Shown piece after piece: positions 29,251-36,254 of a DNA stretch of 64,000 bases; within the stretch, counting starts at the first letter, position 1, and each line of letters starts with the position of its first letter. The notes beneath the pieces are model-generated. The model did no database searches. It saw only the letters and a list, made by a program, of their open reading frames with translations, and was not told the origin of the DNA. The stretch is from positions 1 through 64,000 of the IMG/VR virus record IMGVR_UViG_3300046012_000505; one strand, 5' to 3'. The DNA comes from a virus. The translations under genes and the position numbers were made by a program.

Positions 29251-29322
29251 TGGCGACCCCGGCTGGATTCGAACCAGCAAAGGCGCGTTTAGAAGACGCG
29301 CGCGCATCCAATGCGCGGGGCC
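29251..29322 (-). tRNA. tRNA-Arg(TCT), reduced D-arm
   Basis: T-arm, anticodon arm and CCA clear. Confidence 0.75.
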
Positions 29323-29329
29323 ATGAAAT

Positions 29330-29407
29330 TGGCGCTCCCGGAGGGACTCGAACCCCCATTTTTCCAGATTCGTAATCTGGTGCCATCTCCAGTTAGGCGA
29401 CGGAAGC
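29330..29407 (-). tRNA. tRNA-Arg(ACG)
   Basis: Cloverleaf, CCA. Confidence 0.85.
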
Positions 29408-29408
29408 A

Positions 29409-29482
29409 TGGAGCCGCGGACGGGATTTGAACCCGCGTTGCGCTGATTGAAAATCAACTGTCCTACCTTAGACGACCGCGGC
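29409..29482 (-). tRNA. tRNA-Glu(TTC)
   Basis: Cloverleaf, CCA. Confidence 0.85.
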
Positions 29483-29486
29483 AAAA

Positions 29487-29561
29487 TGGTGGGCAACCGG
29501 CGAATCGAACGCCGCACATCTTGGATGTCGACCAAGCGCTCTGCCAATGAGCTAGTCGCCC
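29487..29561 (-). tRNA. tRNA-Val(GAC), C33
   Basis: Cloverleaf, CCA. Confidence 0.85.
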
Positions 29562-29566
29562 GTAAC

Positions 29567-29642
29567 TGGTGCTCCGTGAGGGACTCGAACCCCCGAATGC
29601 CTCGGTGTAAACGAGGTGACTTTGCCGCTTGTCGAACGGAGC
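29567..29642 (-). tRNA. tRNA-Val(TAC)
   Basis: Cloverleaf, CCA. Confidence 0.85.
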
Positions 29643-29744
29643 AAATTGAGTGCGGGGCGAGGGCGTGGCTGGCCATGTCACAGCCCTTTGGACTCGCGAT
29701 CTCGCCCCGCAGCGGACGACGCTCCTATCGCGCTCTCCGCAAGA

Positions 29745-29819
29745 TGGTCGGAGTGAGAGGAATCGAACCCCCATAGTCCTGCTCCCAAAGCAGGCGATCA
29801 GCCATTGACCCACACTCCG
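29745..29819 (-). tRNA. tRNA-Pro(TGG)
   Basis: Cloverleaf, C1-G72, CCA. Confidence 0.9.
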
Positions 29820-29823
29820 ATGA

Positions 29824-29899
29824 TGGTGCCCCCGACAGGATTCGAACCTGCGGCCTCCGAGTTAGGATCTCGGCGCACGTCCAATCGTGCTACGAGGGC
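29824..29899 (-). tRNA. tRNA-Arg(CCT)
   Basis: Cloverleaf, CCA. Confidence 0.9.
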
Positions 29900-29902
29900 A
29901 AT

Positions 29903-29980
29903 TGGTCAGCGTGGCAGGATTTGAACCTGCGGTCTCCTGCGTCCGAGGCAGGCACTTTTGCCAGGCTAAGCTACACGCTG
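29903..29980 (-). tRNA. tRNA-Pro(CGG)
   Basis: Cloverleaf, C1-G72, CCA. Confidence 0.9.
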
Positions 29981-29986
29981 AAAATC

Positions 29987-30063
29987 TGGCGCCCACGACG
30001 AGGATCGAACTCGCCGCAAACCGGATCGACAATCCGGCCCCGTCACCAGCTGGGTCCGTGGGC
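29987..30063 (-). tRNA. tRNA-Asp(GTC)
   Basis: Cloverleaf, G73, CCA. Confidence 0.85.
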
Positions 30064-30127
30064 ATGAAAGGTTCGCCGCGCTGCTGCTCATCAGGACCTA
30101 TGCAGCACGGCTACGCCGGCCGGCGAT

Positions 30128-30200
30128 TGGTGGCCCAGGTGGGGTTCTTACCCACATTGTCCTGCTTAAGAGGCAGGCCCGATTGTCCGGTCACTGAGCC
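30128..30200 (-). tRNA. tRNA-Lys(CTT), atypical T-loop TAAGAAC
   Basis: Acceptor, anticodon and T stems pair; CCA. Confidence 0.75.
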
Positions 30201-30207
30201 GTCGTGT

Positions 30208-30282
30208 TGGTAGTCGCGCGTGGAATCGAACCACGATCTCGCCCTTATCAAGAGCGTCCTCTGCCATTGAGATTACGCGACC
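30208..30282 (-). tRNA. tRNA-Ile(GAT)
   Basis: Cloverleaf, CCA. Confidence 0.85.
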
Positions 30283-30286
30283 AAAC

Positions 30287-30369
30287 TGGTGAGCCGGTGA
30301 GAAGTCGAATCTCTCCCCGAAGGAATGGATTTACAGTCCACCTGCCAGAACCGCTGGCTTTCCCGACCC
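30287..30369 (-). tRNA. tRNA-Tyr(GTA)
   Basis: Cloverleaf with variable arm, CCA. Confidence 0.85.
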
Positions 30370-30375
30370 GTGATA

Positions 30376-30449
30376 TGGAGCCCCAGCGCGGTACTGACCC
30401 GCGATACCCGCCTTACCAAAGCGGTGCACTGCCATTGTGCTACAGGGGC
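30376..30449 (-). tRNA. tRNA-Thr(GGT), atypical T-loop GTCAGTA
   Basis: Stems pair; CCA. Confidence 0.75.
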
Positions 30450-30452
30450 GAT

Positions 30453-30540
30453 TGGCGGAGCGGCGGGAATTCGAATCCCACACCGTGAGGTGCGCAGAGC
30501 TTAGCAGGCTCGCTCGGCGCCCTGACCGATTGCGCGCTCC
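30453..30540 (-). tRNA. tRNA-Ser(GCT)
   Basis: Cloverleaf with variable arm, G73, CCA. Confidence 0.85.
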
Positions 30541-30647
30541 ATACGTTTCCTCGAATACAGCCTCCTGCTGCGCACGATGCGCGGCCGGAAGATTCGCTCA
30601 CCGAGCGCCTTCGCCGCGGCGCTCCGGGATTTCTTCGGCTTGCGCAT
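30501..30647 (-). CDS. ArfA-like (alternative ribosome rescue factor A-like) peptide reading into tRNA-Ser(GCT)
   Basis: AAGGAG SD; MRKPKKSRSAAAKALGERIFRPRIVRSRRLYSRKR resembles the ArfA core (..L.DPLFRQRV..K....SY.RK); stop codon is in the tRNA anticodon loop. Confidence 0.6.
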   Translation of the reverse strand: MRKPKKSRSAAAKALGERIFRPRIVRSRRLYSRKRMERAIGQGAERAC

Positions 30648-30661
30648 GGCGCGCTCCTTGT

Positions 30662-30750
30662 TGGCGGAAGGCGGAGGAATCGAACCCCGATCGCTCATCA
30701 CGAACCCCTGGTTTTCAGGACCAGTTGCCAGCCATTTAGCGGCACCTTCC
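30662..30750 (-). tRNA. tRNA-Ser(TGA), C33
   Basis: Cloverleaf with variable arm, G73, CCA. Confidence 0.85.
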
Positions 30751-30755
30751 ATAAT

Positions 30756-30833
30756 TGGTACTCGCGGTCGGATTCGAACCGACACTGTCTTCCTTCTGAG
30801 GGAAGCGACTCCTTCCAGTTGGTCTACGCGAGC
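30756..30833 (-). tRNA. tRNA-Leu(CAG), short variable loop
   Basis: Cloverleaf, CCA. Confidence 0.85.
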
Positions 30834-30834
30834 A

Positions 30835-30911
30835 TGGTGCATGCGGAGAGATTCGAACTCTCACTTGACGGCTTCTCGAACCGCTTCCTCTGCCAGTTGG
30901 GATACGCATGC
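30835..30911 (-). tRNA. tRNA-Leu(GAG), short variable loop, C33
   Basis: Cloverleaf, CCA. Confidence 0.8.
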
Positions 30912-30913
30912 GT

Positions 30914-30988
30914 TGGTGCGGGCGTAGGGAGTCGAACCCTAAGAGCCTGGGGTTTAAGCCCGGCTGCGTCGCCGTGCGCCACGCCCGC
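30914..30988 (-). tRNA. tRNA-Leu(TAA), short variable loop
   Basis: Cloverleaf, CCA. Confidence 0.8.
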
Positions 30989-30993
30989 GTTGT

Positions 30994-31069
30994 TGGCGTC
31001 CCGTGGGGGAATCGAACCCACCGTTCCCGACTTGAGAGGCCGGTTTCCGAACCACTAGAAGAACGGGAC
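30994..31069 (-). tRNA. tRNA-Glu(CTC)
   Basis: Cloverleaf, CCA. Confidence 0.9.
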
Positions 31070-31073
31070 ATGA

Positions 31074-31144
31074 TGGAAGCCGGTGACGGTAGCGCGCCGC
31101 CCTCGGGAGCTTCAAAGGCTCCCTCACTCCTTGAGCAACCGGCC
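31074..31144 (-). tRNA. tRNA-Gln(TTG), degenerate T-loop and short D-arm
   Basis: Acceptor and anticodon stems pair; CCA. Confidence 0.65.
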
Positions 31145-31149
31145 AGAGA

Positions 31150-31224
31150 TGGAAGCGATCGGGGGAGTCGAACCCACCATCAGCGCGTTCAGAGCGCGCC
31201 GTCCTACCGTTGAACGAGATCGCC
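31150..31224 (-). tRNA. tRNA-Gln(CTG)
   Basis: Cloverleaf, CCA. Confidence 0.85.
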
Positions 31225-31225
31225 A

Positions 31226-31300
31226 TGGAGCCCGCGGCGCAGAATCGAACTCGCGTCGGCCAGGTACAGGCTGGCTGCTCTGCCACTGAGCTACACGGGC
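31226..31300 (-). tRNA. tRNA-Thr(TGT), C33
   Basis: Cloverleaf, CCA. Confidence 0.8.
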
Positions 31301-31303
31301 AAT

Positions 31304-31377
31304 TGGGGTGAAGCCGGGGATCGAACCCTGCTCTCCGCGTTCACAGCGCGGTGTCCTGCCACTGAACGAGCCTCACC
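31304..31377 (-). tRNA. tRNA-His(GTG) with G-1:C73
   Basis: Cloverleaf, CCCA end. Confidence 0.9.
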
Positions 31378-31384
31378 ATCGACT

Positions 31385-31456
31385 TGGAGTCGCAGTCGGG
31401 AATTGAACCCGACCGCGCGGTTTTGCAGACCGCGCCGTCCGCCTGGACACCGCGAC
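31385..31456 (-). tRNA. tRNA-Cys(GCA)
   Basis: Cloverleaf, U73, CCA. Confidence 0.85.
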
Positions 31457-31459
31457 AGT

Positions 31460-31530
31460 TGGCACCAGCGGAAGGAATCGAACCCTCGTCCAGGCGTTTG
31501 GAGTGCCTGTTGGCGCCACGCCACGCTGGT
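31460..31530 (-). tRNA. tRNA-Trp(CCA)
   Basis: Cloverleaf, G73, CCA. Confidence 0.85.
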
Positions 31531-31533
31531 AAT

Positions 31534-31610
31534 TGGCTCCTCACCCAGGACTCGAACCTGGAACGACGAGATTAACAGTCTCGCTCCCGTGCCGACCGGG
31601 ACCGTGAGGA
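31534..31610 (-). tRNA. tRNA-Asn(GTT)
   Basis: Cloverleaf, TCC start, G73, CCA. Confidence 0.9.
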
Positions 31611-31618
31611 ATAAAACT

Positions 31619-31694
31619 TGGAGCGGACGGCCGGAATCGAACCGTGCTTAGGGCGGTTTGGAAGACCGCTGGGCAGCCAATGCCCCACATCCGC
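31619..31694 (-). tRNA. tRNA-Gly(TCC)
   Basis: GCG start, U73, CCA. Confidence 0.85.
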
Positions 31695-31697
31695 AAT

Positions 31698-31773
31698 TGG
31701 TGCCGCCCCTCGGGATCGAACCGAGATATCCGGTTCTTCAAACCGGCGCCTTGACCACGTCGGCCAGAGCGGC
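31698..31773 (-). tRNA. tRNA-Phe(GAA)
   Basis: Cloverleaf, CCA. Confidence 0.9.
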
Positions 31774-31885
31774 AAATGGGAAACAGGAGGTCTGACTGGT
31801 GAGGCCAGTATTCTCCTGCCCGGCATCGCGACAGACAGGGGACCACCCTGCCCGCCCTAGCCCCATCGTGCGCCAATCGGCGCGT

Positions 31886-31957
31886 TGGTTGCAGCGGTCG
31901 GAGTCGAACCGACGCGACTGAGTTTATGAGACTCAGCGGGAACCGTTCCTCACTGCA
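31886..31957 (-). tRNA. tRNA-Met(CAT), U1-A72
   Basis: Cloverleaf with short D-arm, CCA. Confidence 0.8.
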
Positions 31958-31958
31958 A

Positions 31959-32053
31959 TGGTAGTCGTCGTAGGTTTCGAACCTACCCGTTCCAGGCCGT
32001 CCGCCCGGTCTCGCGCGCTTATAAGGCGCACCCGCTCACCAGAGCCGACGACC
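31959..32053 (-). tRNA. tRNA-Ile(TAT) with long variable arm
   Basis: 7-bp acceptor, TTCGAAA T-loop, loop CT-TAT-AA, ~25-nt variable region. Confidence 0.8.
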
Positions 32054-32058
32054 AAATA

Positions 32059-32132
32059 TGGAGCGTCCGCCGGTAATCGAAACCGGTCCTTCTCGTTGGC
32101 AACGAGAGGCTCGACCCTCGAGCTACGGACGC
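32059..32132 (-). tRNA. tRNA-Gly(GCC)
   Basis: GCG start, U73, CCA. Confidence 0.9.
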
Positions 32133-32136
32133 GAAT

Positions 32137-32211
32137 TGGTGGACCTATGGGTAGTCGAAACCCAAGACAGTGATCTTGCAAAGATCGCCCGCTGTTCCGC
32201 AGCTTAGGCCC
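32137..32211 (-). tRNA. tRNA-Ala(TGC)
   Basis: G3:U70 present, CCA. Confidence 0.85.
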
Positions 32212-32323
32212 ATAGCGGCACGCATGGCTGCGCGCCGCGAAATTCTGCCGACGCTTGAAACCAGCCTGCCCCGCCGGTCCGCATCTCTGCGGGTTTGATC
32301 GGAGCCGAACTACAAGCCGCCGT

Positions 32324-32360
32324 AACAAACAAAAAACCCTCTCCGGGTGAGGGAGAGGGC
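32324..32360 (-). terminator. Intrinsic terminator (attenuator) between promoter and tRNA array
   Basis: GCCCTCTCC-CTCACCC-GGAGAGGGT followed by TTTTTGTTTGTT. Confidence 0.85.
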
Positions 32361-32389
32361 TTGGTCTTCGTGACCTGTGGTGCTGCGGT

Positions 32390-32527
32390 TTACGCGCTCC
32401 ACCCCTCTCCGGTCGTACCCATCCCGTGATTTCTCGCGGGTTGATAGGCGCACGCAATGGCGAACCGCCGGACCGATCGCGTCGGTTCCGGAAGTATCTG
32501 CCAGGCGGTTGTGCGTAACGATTTCAT
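32390..32527 (-). CDS. Leaderless 45-aa attenuator leader peptide MKSLRTTAWQILPEPTRSVRRFAIACAYQPARNHGMGTTGEGWSA
   Basis: ATG 7 nt after the -10 box; 3' end carries CCGGAGAGGG, identical to the terminator 3' arm. Confidence 0.7.
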   Translation of the reverse strand: MKSLRTTAWQILPEPTRSVRRFAIACAYQPARNHGMGTTGEGWSA

Positions 32528-32534
32528 GTGGGGG

Positions 32535-32563
32535 AAGATGCTCGCGAGTTGCGGCGGTGTCAA
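32535..32563 (-). promoter_or_regulatory. Sigma70-like promoter of the tRNA operon
   Basis: TTGACA-N17-CATCTT. Confidence 0.75.
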
Positions 32564-32845
32564 CAGGAATTCACGGAGCGTTCATTTTTTCAGATCACGC
32601 GCGATCAGAGATTCCGCGGAGCCGGTCACGGCGATGCAAAAACTCCGCTTCACTCTTTGGCAGTCCGCAATCGCAATTTGAATCGACGCAGATATTGCCG
32701 GCCCCGCCAAAAACTACAGGATGGTCGACATTCCACTCAGCCCAAACGGCCGCAGACACGGCGTCGATGCCGGCCTCACGATGATGGTCCGTCCAACTTC
32801 TGACTCTTGACGCCCTATCCATTGTCTACCAACTCCGTTCTGTAA

Positions 32846-35485
32846 TCAAATCACCCGCGGATGACCACTCGGCGGTTTCGCGAGACCACCTTTGTCGCGA
32901 GCGGCCTTCGCGGCTGCTTCGCGCTCGGCCTCGGCAGCGGCCATCTCGTCGGCGTGGTGACGGTCCTCCTGAGCGATGACGTCGCGGTGGTGCTCGTCCG
33001 CCTGCCGGTGCTCGGCGACGCCGCGCAGGTGCTCGCGGATTACGCCGCCAGTCTTGGCGCCCATCTCGGCGGCGTGCCGATCGGCATCGGCGGAAAGCTC
33101 GTTCCTCTGCTGGATATGATCCGACACGAGGCCAGCCGCGTGACGCGCCTGCTCAGCGGCCAAGCTGTCGCTGTGCTGCTGCAAGTCTGACGCGATGCCG
33201 GCGTGCGTCTTCGCCAGGTCGGCATTCGCCTTGATCTGTTCCGTCTCCTCGCGCATGCCGGCGACACGCTCGCGCGACTCGCGATCGGCGGCGCGATCGG
33301 CGGACTCGACGGCCACCTCGCGGGCACGCGCGTCTTGCGCGGCCTTCGCCTCGATCGCGTCCTGCGCACTCTGCGCCGCGTTGGCCTGCTGCTTATTCGC
33401 CTCGGTCGAGGCTTTCAACTGCAGCGCCGCCATCTTCGCCGGGTCCGGCGGCGGCGCACCAGGCGCCGGTGCGCCGGGCGGAGGCGGTGGCGCGAACAGC
33501 TTCTGGTAATTGCCGATCCCGATCATCTTCAAGATCATGCTATCGACCGCCTTGCCGTCGTACAGCCCGGGGTTCATCGCCTGCAGCTGCTTGATGGCGA
33601 CCGCCTTCATGATCCGCTGCATGTGGCTCGAGGTGTTCGGGTCGGCGGCCGGCACGATGTCGCACTTTTCGAGCGCGGCGATGAACTGCGCCTGTTTCCA
33701 CGGCTTCGCGCATTTCGGATTGTGGCGCCAGAACGCTTCCGGGTCTTCGCGGAACCTCTCTTTGAGCAGCTGGAATTCCTCGCTCTGCGCGGCGTGCAGG
33801 CGGACGTGCACCGCTGACAGCATCTTGCCGGCCTGCTCAATGAGCGCCAGAGTCGTGCCGACCGGCGCGTCCTGGCGCCCCTCGCCGACCTGGAGCTCGG
33901 CCGTGCCGCCGACGCGCTGGCCGGTGGTCTCGACGTCCTTGACCAGCATCGCGAGCCCTTGGCCCACGTCCTTGTAGGGCAACGGCATCACGACGTTCTG
34001 AATGGGCTGCGAGCCGGTCTGGATTTTCGCGCCCATGCCGGGCCCGACGCGGAACACGTTGGTCTGCTGGCGACCAACCGAGTCGGCGTACAGGAAGCCG
34101 GGAAAAGACGCGAACATGCCGGTGTCGAGCATCATGCGCCACGCCGCGGTCAGCGCCTTGTCGGCATTGCCGAGCAGGTGCAGCAGGCCGATGTCGTAGA
34201 AGCCCATGGCGGGGATGAACGGGAATTTGACGAACACCCGCTTGGGCAGGCAGTTGATGTCGTCCTTCTTCCAGTTGCGGCGTATCTCGAGGATTTGCCG
34301 GCTGTCCTTGTCAAGCGTCACCCGGTAGGGAAGCTCCAGCCCGGTCGGCTTGCCGTCGCTGTCGACGTGCTCGAGCCCCTTGATGTTCAGTTCCGTGTAG
34401 CACTCGTAGATCGTGAACTGCGCGTCTTCCGGCCGCTGCATCCGATCATTGAAGCCCTGCACCATCGCGATGGTCGTATCGACGGCGTTCGGCTGGTAGG
34501 TCGGCTGGCCGGCGGTGAGGCTCCCGAGGTTGCGGTAGACGCCGGCGATCTGCATGCGGACCAGCGTCGAGCGGCGCATGAGAATACGGTGCGTGACGCG
34601 TCCGGAATCCTCGAAGTCGTTCGCGGCGTTCGACACGATGAGGTCCGACGCATCGACCGAGCGCGAGATCGGCATCCGGCGGATCGGGCAGTTGTAGACC
34701 TTCTTGAACCCGGCGCCGCCGAAGCCGACCCAAAACAGCATCCGGTCCGTGTCGGGCCGATAGCCCTTATCTGTCGCGGTCAGGTAGTGGTTGAAGTCTT
34801 TCTCTAGCGCTTCGGCGAGATCGTCGCCGTCCTCATCGGTCTGCGCGTTTGGATCGGCGGAGGCGGCCGCGGGGTCCGGACCGTCCGTCAGTTCCGGGCC
34901 GCCGTTGTGGCCGATGCCAGGCGGAGCGCCCGGCGGCGGCGCAGGCTTGATCGGCGAGTCGTCGCGGACCTTGACTGGTCCGCCGGCTGGCAGCAGCTCG
35001 GCGCTGGCATTCGACTGGAACCGGATCACGGCCTCGGTGAGCAGCGGGTGACGGACCGTCGACATGCCCTCGACCGGCGCCGATGCCGTGCCGGTGTCGC
35101 CGCGCGGCTCCTCGAGCTTGAAGCCCAGCAACTCGATGCCGGCCGCGCGGGTTTGCAGCCATTCGTCGCGCGACTGGTCGTCCTGCTGGATCGCGTCGCT
35201 CAATTGCGAGGCGATGCGCCCGAGCTCGCCGGGATCGATGAAGTCGGCGAGGTTGGCGTCGTGGTCTTCGGGGTTGATTTTCTTCGCCGCCGGCGACTGC
35301 GGGCTGAGGTCGATCTTTACCGAGCCATCCTCGACCTCGATTTTGAGCGCGCCGGAAGCCGGGTCCGCCGTTCCCTCGGCGGTTTCCTCGCCGGGCAGGA
35401 TGATAACCGTCGACTCGCCGGGCTCATCGTTCGCGGCGGCCGGCTCCGGCGCCGGCATGAACCCTCTGGCGAGATTGGCGACCAT
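32846..35485 (-). CDS. Portal protein with long helical C-terminal barrel
   Basis: DDQSRDEW, HPLLTEAVIRFQS.A.AELLPAGGPVK, GFKKVY, PAMGFYDIGL, APVGTTLAL. Confidence 0.9.
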   Translation of the reverse strand: MVANLARGFMPAPEPAAANDEPGESTVIILPGEETAEGTADPASGALKIEVEDGSVKIDLSPQSPAAKKINPEDHDANLADFIDPGELGRIASQLSDAIQQDDQSRDEWLQTRAAGIELLGFKLEEPRGDTGTASAPVEGMSTVRHPLLTEAVIRFQSNASAELLPAGGPVKVRDDSPIKPAPPPGAPPGIGHNGGPELTDGPDPAAASADPNAQTDEDGDDLAEALEKDFNHYLTATDKGYRPDTDRMLFWVGFGGAGFKKVYNCPIRRMPISRSVDASDLIVSNAANDFEDSGRVTHRILMRRSTLVRMQIAGVYRNLGSLTAGQPTYQPNAVDTTIAMVQGFNDRMQRPEDAQFTIYECYTELNIKGLEHVDSDGKPTGLELPYRVTLDKDSRQILEIRRNWKKDDINCLPKRVFVKFPFIPAMGFYDIGLLHLLGNADKALTAAWRMMLDTGMFASFPGFLYADSVGRQQTNVFRVGPGMGAKIQTGSQPIQNVVMPLPYKDVGQGLAMLVKDVETTGQRVGGTAELQVGEGRQDAPVGTTLALIEQAGKMLSAVHVRLHAAQSEEFQLLKERFREDPEAFWRHNPKCAKPWKQAQFIAALEKCDIVPAADPNTSSHMQRIMKAVAIKQLQAMNPGLYDGKAVDSMILKMIGIGNYQKLFAPPPPPGAPAPGAPPPDPAKMAALQLKASTEANKQQANAAQSAQDAIEAKAAQDARAREVAVESADRAADRESRERVAGMREETEQIKANADLAKTHAGIASDLQQHSDSLAAEQARHAAGLVSDHIQQRNELSADADRHAAEMGAKTGGVIREHLRGVAEHRQADEHHRDVIAQEDRHHADEMAAAEAEREAAAKAARDKGGLAKPPSGHPRVI

Positions 35486-35569
35486 TGGCGCGCACAGACC
35501 CTGATGCGGCCAGCCCGCGGCGTCGCGGAACAGCGGCAGAGGAGGTCACCCGGCAGCGCGCCAGGAAGG

Positions 35570-35998
35570 TTAGCGGCGAGAGAATAGCACGGGTGCCCGG
35601 TCGAGGGTAAGGGCCGCTGGCGACCCTCGGCTGGCGCCGGAATGGCCCGCCAACTCCCGCTCCATAGCGCGGCGCATCGCCGCGCGCCTCGACGCCTTCG
35701 CCCGCCCGCGGGCCAACGCCTCGGCAGGCGCGGCAAGGGAGCAGAGCGTTTCCGGGAGATCGCGCCCTCTATAGGCAGCAACGAACTCTTCCGCCGTCAT
35801 GTCGCCCTTGACGTTGTTGCAGCGGTAGCAAGCAGCGACGATGTTGCGGGCGCCACGACCGCCCCGCGAGCGCGGGAGGACGTGGTCGCGGGTGACGCTA
35901 TTCGGGCGGCCGTAGGCCAGCACCATCTCGCGCCGGCAGTAGTGGCAACGGCCGCGGGATCGCTGGAAGAGGTGATTCAGAGAAGGTCCAGAAGGCAT
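35570..35998 (-). CDS. HNH endonuclease
   Basis: CHYC...TRDHVLPRSRGG...NIVAACYRCNNVKG. Confidence 0.85.
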   Translation of the reverse strand: MPSGPSLNHLFQRSRGRCHYCRREMVLAYGRPNSVTRDHVLPRSRGGRGARNIVAACYRCNNVKGDMTAEEFVAAYRGRDLPETLCSLAAPAEALARGRAKASRRAAMRRAMERELAGHSGASRGSPAALTLDRAPVLFSRR

Positions 35999-36254
35999 GG
36001 CACACTCGCGCGACGCAAACGACAGGGCGACCAACTAGGATCGCTTCAACCACTGTCCGCGTTTTGCGTGCGAGCGCTGCATGATGGTCCCGTATAGCAA
36101 ATAGCCTGGCCGCACGACAGCCAAAACTAACGCGGTGGTCGACGCCTTTGCGGGGATGATCTTCCCGGGGCCCGCATTCAAAGCGCCTCTTTAATAGGGG
36201 TCGTTACCTTCCCGAAACTGACGCCACCGCTCGCCTGCCAGCATTTCCCCCGAA

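Noticed and set aside
30064-30127. CTGATGAG...CGAA resembling a hammerhead ribozyme core
   Set aside because: No GAAA or three-stem geometry; folds as one simple hairpin.
30662-30750. Possible UGA suppressor or Sec tRNA
   Set aside because: TGA is the anticodon (reads UCA, Ser); no tRNA in the array has a CTA, TTA or TCA anticodon, so no sign of stop-codon recoding.
28930-32211. ORF-track proteins across the tRNA array; regular spacing suggestive of CRISPR
   Set aside because: Repeats are tRNA T-arms and CCA ends; only the SD-led 30647 ORF is credible.
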